From Haplodiscus bocki (Eukaryota): a stretch of DNA of 64,000 bases. The translations under genes were made by a program, and so were the position numbers. Position 1 is the stretch's first letter, and each line of letters opens with the position of its first letter. The stretch is taken from positions 54,746,001-54,810,000 of the forward strand of contig OZ296659.1 in assembly GCA_965655095.1 (NCBI GenBank). The letters are read 5' to 3'. Below are positions 51,701 through 63,766 of this stretch, piece by piece. A model generated the notes under the pieces. It made no database searches. It was not told where the DNA came from and was given only the letters and a program-made list of their open reading frames with translations.

Positions 51701-52284
51701 CCAAAAGTTCGACGGAACTTGTTTGAAAACAGTTGTCATTTGTTTCAACTAGCGATTTTTTTTTAGAAACTGATTGTGGTACTAAATCTTTCAAAAATGA
51801 ATCGTCTCACAGTTGTTATCTCACCCACCTCTTACTGGAATTTTCCATTCGGTCCTCAGGAGTTTTCCATCAAAATGGAAGAAAAGCATACTTGCCACAG
51901 TCATGATCCTTGATAAGTCCGTGTTTGCAGCTGGTCCACGTGAATGTGCCAAGTGTGCTAGCAATCTGTAATGTATGAACGCGATACTGCTGCTACCGTT
52001 TTTCCTAGGTTTTGGGTTTGAATTCATCACTTATCGAGTGCTCGAGAAAAAAATTATTTATACGTTGGTGCTTCATGCTTTGAAAGGTTGGTTTGGCATC
52101 ATTTATTCTTTTCTCAGGGGGTACAATGCTTTATTTCCACTTTCCGAATAGACAAATTCTCGAAAGTGAAATATTTCTCTCTTTGTGGAACCAGTTGTCA
52201 CAGTTTGACTGATGAACAAATAAGTGTCAAAAGAATCGAAGCGATGTGTCAGAAACGACAACGACATTCAGCGTACTCAGTCAG

Positions 52285-52385
52285 CAAAATTCAGCTTTAG
52301 ATGATTTTGTACTTTGACCTTTTTGACTTGCAAAATTTTCCGTTTGGGAGTCAAAAATTGCAGCAAACCCCCTTCCTTTACTACT
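52285..52385 (-). repeat. Right terminal inverted repeat of Polinton A
   Basis: GTACTTTGACCTTTTTGACTT...GGGAGTCAAAAATTGCAGCAAACCCCCTTCCTTTACTACT. Confidence 0.9.
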
Positions 52386-53588
52386 CAGGCGGCAATCTTT
52401 TTTAGGAACTTTGATCTCTAAATGGGAAAATAAACTTCCATATATCAGTCTGTCAAAAAAGATCGGTCAAAAATAGGAATTTCTCCAAAAAGTAAAGCGT
52501 AAACATGAATGATGCTAGGCTTTTAGCGCTAAGAAATTAAATACAAAAACAAAATTAGAAACACAGAGGCGAAGCTTGGCTTCACAACCAACACTTCCGC
52601 CAAAGCAAAATTAGTGAACAAATCGAACAAGTAAAAGTGATTTTTGAAGGCACCATGGTACAACAAAACCTACTGATTAACCAATTAACCGGAAATTTAA
52701 TTAACTGTTAATTCTTTTATACAAGTGCAACAAGTACAAACTGATATAGCAGTTAATTTGCTTCATATTTAAAACAAGAGCGCACGCTGGAAAATAGGCC
52801 ACGTGAACACATTTTTCAACTGCGCGAGAACTTTTTGCAAAAAAGCGAGAGCGCATGAACAAACTCTAGGCAACATTAGAATCTACGCACAAATGCGAGT
52901 TGTGAACGGATCAGAAAAAAAAAGAATTGGAAGCCTGTGGTATCAATAACAATTGCTTGCGCAAGTGTAAAAATAATTACCTTCAATTTATTGCTCAACC
53001 GGCCAGTCATGAATCGATGGGCGAAAGCTGCACGTAACGGCTTGAAGAAAAAAAACACGAAAATAACATCTATAACTTAAGCTAACCAACTTTATGCCCA
53101 AAAATAGAGTCGAAAGGCTTTAAACTAATCGCTTAATGCCTTAAAATGAAATATCATGACTGCGTTTCCAGAACGTACCTCCTGCGTAAAAAATTGGACT
53201 CAGCCACAGGAACACGCATGAAAATCTCAAAAATCCCCGAATTTCAAAAAGTGAGGAAAATTATGAAAAAGAACACTTTGCCATCAATGATTTTTCTTCA
53301 CTTTTAAAATATGGCGAAAAGTAACAAACATATTCTTGACAGAAGTCTTTAGCTTACTTAAAGGTTAATTTCAAGCTCGCCCCAACTGATAATCAAAACA
53401 GAATGAGAAATTGCAGAATAGGTTTTCAATGGCTTCGAAAAGTCTAACTGACATTAAATTTTTCTAATTCAAGCTTTTTTTTCAAAGATTCGCCCAGAAT
53501 GTTATGGGTGTTTATTAGACGAAAAATTTTTGTATAATAGCTTCCTCTGATCAGAGGCGAATTTCCAAATCATCTAGAGGTTGTTCAC

Positions 53589-53770
53589 CTGTAACAGGTC
53601 CCAGGCTTTGGACTCAGAATCGGGGTTGTTACTAGAGGTGTAAGTTGATTCCAGAGAATTTCTCATCTGGTCGGAGAGCAAGTTGTCGATCATGAGCGAG
53701 TAGATGAGCACTGATATTATGAAGGTGGCTGTGATGATCACAAAGACCAGGTTAATAAATGAGTAGAAAC
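53589..53770 (-). CDS. Tetraspanin coding exon 2 (TM3 and start of EC2)
   Basis: TGTCAG|GT TTC TAC...AWDLLQ CAG|GTGAAC; phase 1 in, phase 0 out, consistent with both neighbouring exons. Confidence 0.9.
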
Positions 53771-54677
53771 CTGACAACATGAGAGACTATTTGTTATGCT
53801 CATGCGATTAGGGTCAATCAAACAATAGATTCCTATGCATGAATTCGGCAAAAACTAGGAACATATTTCAAACATGAAAGTTTTTGAAAATCTTTCTCAA
53901 ATCAAAGCTTTTACATGAATTTTTCTCACAGCTTGAGTTTTGGTTTCAATCTATTTCTGAATGTCATATTTTTAAGGTTTTTCATATGATACCGAAACGT
54001 CTACAAATTCAATCGCAATCGTATTTGATTATGATTTTCCACTCATATTTATACTATGGAAGGAAAATTTTTCTCACCCCGCGTGCGTTTTTTACGTTTC
54101 CTTGCCAATTGCACGATTCTGGCAAATTGCACGATTTCCAACTTTGAAAATTTTAGCACCAAGTTACAGCAGATATCCTCTAGAACAAGTCTCAAACAGT
54201 AATATTTCTCCAAAACTGTTTTGGCCAAAGTATCGTTATTTTTTTTGAAAAAACCCTGAAATTTTATGAAAAATTTTTAAATGAAGAAAAAGCAGAAAAT
54301 TTGTTCTAGAATGCGTATAAAAGGGCCATAGCTCCAAAATTTAGGGTTTTTCCGGAATATATTTCTCCAACTCATAAAAAACTGCAATTTTGCAGTAGAA
54401 TGTCTTTTTTTTCATCTAAAACACTTTTTAAACAAAATTGGAGAGAGGAAAATATCCCGTTGGTATCCGGGCTTATCGTTGTCTCAATAAACAAATATTC
54501 AAACAAGTCAGTCGAAGAATGCCGGGACACATAGCCGTTCTATATTACACAATAATCTAGATTCCATCAAAAACCTTCATTCTTACCTCAAAATTGATTT
54601 CGAAAAATTAATCAAAAAATTTCTACACCACACATTATCAATTACAAAATTGTGTTCAGAACAGCCTTGAGACGTAC

Positions 54678-54939
54678 CTAGTATCAGTTTATTGTTATTC
54701 AAAGTGCCCAAAAGCAGTAGAAAGGTTATCATGGCTCCAAAAATGGCGATGGCTATGAGATAGTTGGCACAGTTGGTGAGAGTTCCATTCGGAATTATGG
54801 CCACGATTTCTTCTCTGTGTGGTCGAATTCTGTACCATGCTCCGACGACGAGAGAAGTTGCAAATGAAAAAACTTTCACTAAACAGAGTCCGTAAACTAT
54901 ATAGCGTATCACCACTAAAACACCAGATTCCTTGGCCAT
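54678..54939 (-). CDS. Tetraspanin coding exon 1 (TM1, EC1, TM2); spliced protein about 272 aa
   Basis: MAKES...VVGAW...YLIAIAIFGAMITFLLLLGTLNNNKLIL G|GTACGT. The start could lie in a further upstream exon. Confidence 0.85.
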
Positions 54940-55593
54940 AATTTCATTCCATTTCTGAAAATTTATTGCTCCACTTTTATCCAAATTAGACCAAAATCAA
55001 AATTTGAAAACAAGCGCCCAAGGTGGATAGGATTTCGGAAATTTTTTTGACTCACGCACTATCACCACTAATATGATGCGTATGGACCCTTCTGTACTCC
55101 CACGTAGCTTTGCTGCTTTTTGACTTAAGAAACTTTTCAAATGTCCCACGAAATTTTTTTTTTCAGTTGAAGTCGCAAAATGCCGTACAAAAAAGCGTCA
55201 AAAATCAAAAACCGAATAACAATTTCGTAAAATTGAAATTTTCTGTAGGGCTTAAAATTATCTACCACATCCACGTCATTGCAGTGATGCAAAGTCGTCA
55301 AAATTCAAATCATTTTGGATTTTGCATTCAGTAGAAAGATTCTTTTCAAGATTTTGTAAAAATCAATGGAAATTTTCTATAGGCCGATCTTTGTTTAGAG
55401 AACACAAGGAGAGCAAAATTAAACATCTCATTTCAGATTGGACTAAAAAAATACCAATTGCATTCCAGCTAAATCATTTTAAGACCATGTTCAACCATCA
55501 ACTAGAATTTCGGTTGAAAACTGGCAAAAATATACATTTTTTATTCGTAAATTAACTGGAATCGAAAACTCATTTTGCTGAATTACACAACAA

Positions 55594-56318
55594 TTAAGAA
55601 AAACTGGCATATTCATCTTTCATTTTATTTACAAGATAGTCTGCGATTGCTAAACTAGATGTAGCTCCAGGCGAAGGAGCATTTCGAACATGTAGAATTC
55701 GACACCCTGTTTCTGAGGCATCCGAATCGAAAACAAAATCATCAACTAGCGATCCATCTGGGTTCAACGCCTGGGCGCGAACACCTGCACTCACTCTGAA
55801 AACCGCGTTTTTTGGCAGTTTTGGAACATATTTCTGCAGTTTTCGGATCTGCCTGTCCATGAAAACGGAATCCAGGACCTCATTGAGACCCATTTTGAAA
55901 TACCCAGATGCTAGTCTTACAAACCCAGGGTTCCGCACAAGTACTAAAGTATCTTTCAAGTCAACATCGCAAAAAGAATATCCTTCCCTCTTAGAAGCAA
56001 CAATTGCGTTGGGTCCAAGCCACAAACTTCCATCCATTCTGGGGGTAAAATGAACCCCCAAAAACGGGAAACTTGGGTCTGGAACTGGGTAGATATTCGT
56101 GGAAACTAGGGTTTGCGCTACTTCTTTGGAGACGCCCAGGTATTCTCCGCGCACTGGGACTACTTTTGGGTGTCCCGTGCTTCCACTTAGAGCTGCAATT
56201 CTGTCCGATTGGAGTCCACAGCAAGTAAGAATATACTTCGACTTCACTATTTTGTGACCATTTCTGTGAGTTACGTGAATCGGGTAGTCATTGTCAAAGT
56301 GATTACTCTTCGTGTGAT
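55594..56318 (-). CDS. L2HGDH: L-2-hydroxyglutarate dehydrogenase, last exon
   Basis: CCGLQSDRIA, VPVRGEY, IYPVPDPSFPFLGVHFTPRMDG, GPNA, AGVRAQA, HVRNAPSPGATSSLAIA; acceptor GAAAG|AT. Confidence 0.93.
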
Positions 56319-56714
56319 CTTTCAGAGAAAGCAATGTTCTATGATGTTTGACGAATCAAACAAACTTTCAGAGACGCATATATTTGGTTTCGACTCATTT
56401 TGAAACAAATCATTAGACAGCAGTTTTTCGTCAGCATTTTCAAACTCAATTCCAATTACATTCAGCTTCATCAGAGACATTGATACTTCCATCGGTTCAT
56501 TGAAAAATTTACTATAGTCGAAAACACATTTACATGCAATCACGCCCAATTATTGTTTGGCATTTTGATAATTTGAAGCTGAAAGTTGTAGCGCTATTTT
56601 GGGCTTCCAAATTTCGCGTACTCTCCCAGGACAACTAAGAAAAATGAAAACTCTAAGTTCCTATGTTTACATTTAAAAAAGACAGAAATTTTGACACTGC
56701 TTTTTCGTAATAAC

Positions 56715-57051
56715 CATTTTTCTTGATACTAGAAACTTCAAAACCCAAATAAATCTCTCCGCCGAGACTTTCAAACTTTTGCGCATAAGAACGTGTGACG
56801 TCACCCCAATCAACAATTGACGTACTAGGCGAGTGTATAGCAGCCAGTCCCTGGCAATTTGACTCAATGCTCTGGATTTCATCCAAGTTTTCACACATTC
56901 TGACATCAGGAACTTCGTTTTTGAGGCTGTTTGTGAACAGGTTTTCGAGACGACCCAACTCAGATTGATCCACAGCAACAACTAGTTTCCCGCACTTTTT
57001 GTAGGGTATATTGTTAGCGTTGAAATAATCGACTGCCTTCCGGGCTCCTTC
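56715..57051 (-). CDS. L2HGDH: L2HGDH middle exon
   Basis: EGARKAVDYF...YKKCGKLVVA...AIHSPSTSIVDW; pyrimidine tract plus AACAG acceptor; donor G|GTTATT in phase 1. Confidence 0.9.
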
Positions 57052-58419
57052 CTGTTCAAGAGAAGGAATGCAAACAAAGAATAGTGAATATTTGCTACTT
57101 TCCGTCCCCACAAATTGAGGACTTATAAAAAACAACACCTATGATTACGAAAATTCCTATCATATCACATAGAGAGAGACTTATCACTTTACCAGCATTC
57201 TAATTTCGGAGTTCAACAAAAATTCGACTAACTGGCCTTTAGAAAGTTCTGATTTGAATTGTTCTCGATCAGCTTCTGATGAGATCATCATGGGTGTAAA
57301 TCAAAACTCGTGATCAAAAACAATCACAGTGCCAATAAGTTGCGAAACTTTCCCGAAGTATAGACTCTATGATTTCCCAAAAGGAGGCGCAAATTTGACT
57401 AACTACCATAAACAATCAGAGGAAACAAAATAATTCCGATTACATTTTATATGTGCTTCAATTTAGATTTAGTTCATTCAACTCACATACACGTTCCGCG
57501 TTCACGAAAGCCAAAAATTACGGTACAAGAACTTGCCCAAAACCTCTTCAGTATTTCAAAAAAAATTGTCAACGAGACAACCAGCTACCACTAGGATATT
57601 TTCCGCATTCCAAATTTATCTGATTTTGAAAAAAATCATGTTTTTCCCCAAAAAAACTACTTTGAGCGTATTTTACATATGCTAGTATTTAATTCGCATT
57701 CCAAGGCAAATTTGTTAGATTTTGGTGTCAAAACTTTTGGCAGCATCGCGTTACAGAGAACGCTCAAACCTTAAAAAAGGCGCTATTTTATAATCCAAAA
57801 ATAGCGTAAACTTGAAACTAACTTGGAAGAACTTTCGACGACAAATGAAGAACTCGAGAAAAATTAATTATCGGATAAATACCCAAAGTGATTAGTGCAG
57901 TTCGTTTACTTGCTGTTTAAACTTGACTTACGAAAATTATGAGATGACGACGAAGGAAACATTATTTCACTTACCCAGTTAGCTAAGAGAACTTGCAAAA
58001 CTCATTTGAGCAAAGCATACAAAAAGCCCAGACAGGCAGGTAGTGGCGAAGAAATAAACGAGACCAAGCGGCTACAAAAAGAATACAAAGTTTGCGAAAA
58101 AAATTTACCGTCACAACGGCGGCAAGATGAAGATTGATGGACAGTTCGATTTATTCGGTTAAATTCTAGATTAAATTCTACAGAAACAAAAATTCCAATT
58201 CGCCTAGCCTAGCGGGATTTTCCTATTTGCTACATGACCAACATGCTCGGTCCCGTAACCAAAGGAAGTATAAATACCAAGTGCTCAGCCCTAAATTTCA
58301 GTTGCTCGCTCCCGATCATTTGCCTGATTACCCGAGCCGAAACTCTCTTACTCTTAACTTCGAACTTCTCTTCCCTTCGATTCTTACTTTACCAATTCTT
58401 CCTCTCTTCTTGGAGCGAG

Positions 58420-58698
58420 CGAAATTATTCTAAGACTTTTTCAAATTGTATTTTAGGCGAAATTCAATCACAACTCACGGAATTAACCTAAGATTTTTCA
58501 AATTGTGTTTCAGCCGAAATTCAATTTCACCTTATCGAAATTATTCTACGATAATTCCGAATTGTGTCTCAGCCAAAATTCAATCACATCTTATCGAAAC
58601 TATTCTAAGACAGTTCGAAAATGTGTGTGAGCCGAAATTCAAATACAACTCATCGAATTATTCTAAAACAATTCCAAATTGTGTCTCAGCTAAATTTA
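58420..58698. repeat. Diverged minisatellite, unit about 58-59 bp, about 5 copies
   Basis: CGAAATTATTCTAAGAC...AAATTGTGT.TCAGCCGAAATTCAATCAC recurs at about 58420, 58478, 58536, 58595 and 58654. Confidence 0.85.
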
Positions 58699-58930
58699 TC
58701 GCCAGGATAATCCTGGCTGCACTACTGGACGGATCTCCACCCGTAGCAAACACAAAGATCAAAAACTATCACCCAGTGACCGACTAGCCAATGCAAGATA
58801 CCTGAAAGGTGTTTCGACCAGCTGAAAAACCACGGAATTCTTCCGCTTCATTTTGGTATAAGTTGATCATTATTCTGCTTGATCTAGTGGAGTTAATCTC
58901 ACTAGTCACTTTCTCTTAAGTAATCCCTCT

Positions 58931-59165
58931 CGATAAATCGCGAAGGAACTGCCGCGTTCGAGATGAAAAGGGACTAACAGAAAATCACCAGTTTGCCGCT
59001 CACAGCGAGCTTCACGTGAGTCGTAGATAAAAGCCAAAATGAACATGCAACCATTTTCGATAAATTGCGAAGGAACTGCCGCGTTGGAGATAAAAAGAGA
59101 CTGAGAAAAAATCACCAGGTTGCCGCTTACAGTGATCTTTACCTGAGTCCTAGATAAAACCTAAA
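58931..59165. repeat. Two-copy tandem repeat with a 127-bp period
   Basis: CGATAAAT.GCGAAGGAACTGCCGCGTT.GAGAT at 58931 and 59058. Confidence 0.8.
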
Positions 59166-60331
59166 AAAAATCAACCCCTCCAAGAAATCCAGAGATTTAT
59201 TCACGGTTTGGAAATTTGGGGAAAAATAAGATCTTTCAAGCAGTCGCTATGCTAACGCAAGTACTGAGATGTAAATAAAAGGCAAAAAAAATTATTTTGC
59301 GCCATTTTCTTAAGAATAATAAAAGCAAAAGCTTCCTCTCAAATGGTCCATTTCTGACGATCTCGAAGTTTGCCAATTGCGTTCACGATGTTCGTTCAGG
59401 TTTCCGAACGGGAAAATTTTTTCACTAAATTGTTGCAAGTTTGCCGTAGAATGCGACTGAAATAGTAAGATTTCTCAAAACGGTCAAGGTTTGGGATTTT
59501 TCGAAAAAATTGATGGGTTTTTCGAAAAACTTGATTTTTTTTCAAAATCGAGAAAGGTAGCAAATTTGCTGTAGAATGCGTATCAAACAGCATTATTTCG
59601 TAAAAATGTCTTTTTCGTCCTGATTATAGTTTTTTTTTGCAAAAATTCAGAAAATTTTTAAAGTTGGAAAAATTAGATGAAGTTTTTTTCGAGAAAAATC
59701 TTTTTCATCTTCTTATAGGCCTTCTTTACAAAAAAAATGGAAGACGCAAAATATGCCGGTGGTAGCAGGCTGTCTTGCTTATCATAAAATCAAAAAGCAT
59801 GTAAATTCCTCGTCAGCGGTTCACGCTTGACAAAAAGAGGACCTAAGATGCTTGACTTGGTTGACTGCTTTTATGGCATGTCAATAGAGTCTTAGATAAA
59901 ATAGATATCCCGTTCGGTAATTCCACAAGATTCAACTCTTGGTTCGGACCTAATTGGGATTTAAAAGAAATGACTGTAACTCAAACTTGAAAAGGCAAAG
60001 CCTATGGTAGAAAAAACGAATGTAATCATTAATCATAGACTAAAAAGGCCAAAAAAACATTACCTCAACTCACTCCTTAGATTTGTTAAATATTTTCATT
60101 TCGAAATATTTGTAAATTAATACTATCGATGACTATCTTCATTTGTGTCATCAATTTAAATTTGGATGCATTTAATCTCTACTAATTATGTAGTAAAATT
60201 ATTGTGAAGTATTTATTATTATCGTGCAATTTCAATCTTACGTCAAAGCAGTACTGGCAGAGAAGCTGAATAGGAATGTGGCACAGGCTAACCGCGCACC
60301 ACCTACCGCAATACCCGCAGGCTTAATCGAG

Positions 60332-60823
60332 TTAAAGAAATCCTCCGGACTCCGCGAGCCCTTTAATTTGAGCCCGGAAAACTGTCCGTGAACACGGATC
60401 AAATTGGTCTAGCCAAACTCGCTTCAGCCGGCGGGTCAGCTTGCCATAGCCAGTATATAGTGCATATAATTGTTCAATTATCATCGTCTGATGAACCAGA
60501 ACCCTTTTTTCCCAGTTCGAGCCAAACATTATAATCAGAAATTGCTTATAGTCGTCTGTTATTTCTGGCTCTTGCACGACAATTCCTGAGCTCCACTTCA
60601 TAAATCTGGTACCTGTGGCCCAGTCATTTAACGCCTCAACGTTCACTCGATAATACAGACCAAGAAAAATATCGTTACTTTGTTGGGGAGCCAATAGTGA
60701 AGGTGTCATTTCTGGCTGTGGTAAATGTTCAGGAAGGCCCAAAAGAATTTCAATTCCCAGTTTTGGAATATTCGATACTTGCTTCCGCAAAGGCGGAAAT
60801 TGGGGAGAATTCCTGTTTGCCAT
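60332..60823 (-). CDS. Orphan intronless 163-aa ORF nested in the L2HGDH intron
   Basis: AAAATGG start context, open frame, less AT-rich than its flanks; no recognised motif. Confidence 0.4.
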   Translation of the reverse strand: MANRNSPQFPPLRKQVSNIPKLGIEILLGLPEHLPQPEMTPSLLAPQQSNDIFLGLYYRVNVEALNDWATGTRFMKWSSGIVVQEPEITDDYKQFLIIMFGSNWEKRVLVHQTMIIEQLYALYTGYGKLTRRLKRVWLDQFDPCSRTVFRAQIKGLAESGGFL

Positions 60824-61471
60824 TTTGTAAATTCTTGAAAAAAATTAATGAATTATGCGGTTGGTTATATTATGAAAGTTGCTGGTGAATTTGAATAATT
60901 GACTTTGCTCAAATCTTGTCCCTAATAATCTCAACGATCCGAAAAATAATCTCATATTGTGCACGTTTACATTTATGAGATTGACTGCCATTTCCGCATA
61001 TTCACCAAATAATTCATCTCTCATTTTGTATTATCTCTTTGCAAGTAGAATTTACGCAACTTTGTCCGCGCGGTTTAGCAAGGCAAAATTTCAAAGCTAA
61101 TAACAGTATAAGCTTTTGAGACTTTCTTACACGATAACGTAGACGTATGGCCGCACACGCCGCTTAGCAATATCAGATAAGGCGAACAATAGCAAATATA
61201 CTTGATAACACCTCTCCTTTGTCCGCGCGACAGCAGTCAGAAATTGGACGATCGATTTTATGTTTCCGTGAAATTGGCAAGTAACTTTCAAAAAACACGC
61301 CTTGAGTGCATGATTTTCCTTCCATATTATAAATATGGCAGAAAATAATAAATTCCCGCAACCAATCCATTTTCAAATGCTCTTTTTGAATTCCTTATTT
61401 ATTTACTCTTTCATTCGTTCGATCAATTACTCTTTCACTGTTTTTGAAATGTAAGACTCGACTTTACATTC

Positions 61472-61765
61472 CTGACATAATTTAGCCTTGAGAGAGTTGG
61501 GCTTGTAATAGAGACCCATATGCACAACTCCACTGTTTCTGCCGCTCTGATGAAAAGCAACACTTTTCTCCTTCTCGATCAGCGCAACTTTCAAACTTGC
61601 AGGCATCAATTGTTTCACTCTCATCGCAGTAGCACAACCGATGATACCACCTCCAATTATGGTGAGGTCAAAGCAGTTGCTAGCCACACTTCGAGCTGTT
61701 CTTGCCATCTCAAAATCAGCAAAAGCTGCTGCTGTTGAATTGTTCACAATCTGATCACACCATGG
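61472..61765 (-). CDS. L2HGDH: L2HGDH exon with the FAD-binding Rossmann motif (true start uncertain: ATG 61708 or an upstream exon)
   Basis: DLTIIGGGIIGCATA...LIEKE...HQSGRNSGVVHMGLYYKPNSLKAKLC. Confidence 0.9.
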
Positions 61766-62950
61766 CTAAATTCTAAAACCAGCAACTACGATTTTCTTAA
61801 TGCCTAAAAATTGAAGTTATTCAGCATCTCAGCAGTTATTGGTAGTTTTCAACTACATACATGCACAGCAATTTATACATTTAGCTTCAAAATTTGTCCC
61901 ATTGATGCCACATCAAATAAAGGTGCATTCACTCACCTAGCTAACAACACCCTAATTTTTCGTGCAAGTATAGAAATTAAGCGCTTGTCTCTCAACGCTA
62001 TGAACAAACAAATGTTTGTTTCAAAATTGCAATGATTAATAAAGTTATTTGAAAACTGCAAAATCGAAAATTTCGATCGTCTGCATACATTTTTGTCCTT
62101 GAATAATGATCAAAAAATGATAAAATAAAAACGAGTAAAATCATGTCACTGAATAATGATGAAAATTAGAACATTGCACCTAATCTAGTTATTTCTGCCC
62201 TTATTTTCAATTTATAAAGGACAATTATTCATTCAACATTCATGTTTTTTATTCTCCGCCCATATTTCATATATGGAAGTAAAATTGTTCTTTCAACATT
62301 CACCTATTTTCCGCTCATACTTTCAATATATGGCGGGAAAGTTTTTCATTCAATATTCGTTTTTCAAAATAAGATTTGCCAATTGCACGATACAATTTAT
62401 GTGCATCTTGACGCTTCGGGAAGGATGGTTGACATAGAGGTATATGCAGAGAGAGAGAGAGATTGCGCGTGCATGGGTGTGTGTGGGGCATCACAAAGGT
62501 TGAGTGTTCGAGTCTCGGAGGGAACTTAAATTTTTTCAATTTCCCGACGAAAAAATTCACGTCGAATTCAAAATTCATCCATCTTTCCAAAAATTTTATG
62601 TTTCTTCAAAATTTTTTCACAAGTAATTTTTTCTAAATGGGAAAAGAAAACAAATTTTTCACAGATTGCATAATAAACGGAGGTTTTTGGGAAAACGTTT
62701 TTCAAAATTTATTTTTATTGAATGAAGAAGTCTGATAAATTTGAAAAAATCGAAAATGCACTTTCCCTACGCCTTTTTTTGTAGAAAAATTGTGTGGCGG
62801 AAAATATCCCGGAGTTATCAGGGCGTCTTATATATTAGTAGTTGTCCGTCGTAAGTATTATAAAAGGACGTAGTTCAATTCAGTGACACCATTTTTGAGT
62901 CGGCGCTTTACTTTTACTAAAGAGGCTGACTACTGCAATAACTAATTTTC

Positions 62951-63716
62951 GGTGGCAGGACAAAATACCCAAGCCCAAAATACCCAAGGCCAAAATACCC
63001 AAAGTCCCAAAATTTAAATAGCCATACCAAATGAATAATTAACAGCGTCTTGAACTAAAAGTTTCAAGATGCTACTAACTGAGTAAACTTAATAATACTT
63101 CAAAATATTAGTGGTGTCAGACCGAAATACGAGTCAAAATATTTACAGAAAATTACTTTGAACGGAAAAACATTCTTAAAAAATTCCAAACTAGTTTTCT
63201 GTTAAAATAAACGGAAACTTGCAGTTCCAAAATTCCGTATTTTTTGTCCAAAAATTTTCACACAATATAATTTTCTAAAAATTGTAATTCACCTCACAAA
63301 ATTTCCGGCAGTGTGGGACAAAATTGTAATTCATCTCATAAATTTTTGGATACAGCCGACACTGTGGGACAAACCCCCACCCCCAAGCAAAATTTTCGTT
63401 ACTCAGGAAAATTTTAAATTTCAAAAGGATGAGTTTTTGCAAAATTGATCCTACATGCGGTAGTAATTTTGTACAGTGTATTTATTATGGCACATCGAAG
63501 TTTATTGTAAGAAGCAATGATAGTGCCATCATAAAAAAGATATCAATTAAGTAAATAATCGACATTCAAGTATTTTAGGTCTTTTTAAAGTTAAGACGCT
63601 TTTAATTATTTAATTGGTACTGCTCTTTCAATCTTGGGTATTTTGGGACTTTGGCCTTGGGTATTTTGGGATTTTGGCCCTGGGTATTTTGGGTTTGGGT
63701 ATTTTAGGGTGGAACC
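62951..63716. mobile_element. Mutator (MULE)-like MITE with tandemly repetitive TIRs
   Basis: GG...CAAAATACCCAAG arrays on the left, TTGGGTATTTTG arrays on the right; 9-bp flanks CTAATTTTC / CTATTTTTC (8 of 9 match). Confidence 0.75.
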
Positions 63717-63766
63717 CTATTTTTCATGAGACGGCAGATTTCACATCGAATTGATTTAATTTCAAC

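Larger units (their letters stand above)
38562..52385 (+). mobile_element. Full-length Polinton/Maverick (adintovirus-like endogenous element), family A, 13824 bp, inactivated
   Basis: AGTAGT...ACTACT ends, TIRs, TSD CAGGCA (38556-38561) / CAGGCG (52386-52391), and the complete POLB-PRO-MCP-core-mCP-INT-ATPase gene set. Confidence 0.95.

Noticed and set aside
58420-58698. CRISPR-like array
   Set aside because: Whole units are homologous with no unique spacers, there are no cas genes, and the context is a eukaryotic intron.
55594-61765. Bacterial lhgO or contamination
   Set aside because: The gene is split by spliceosomal introns and neighbours a spliced tetraspanin.
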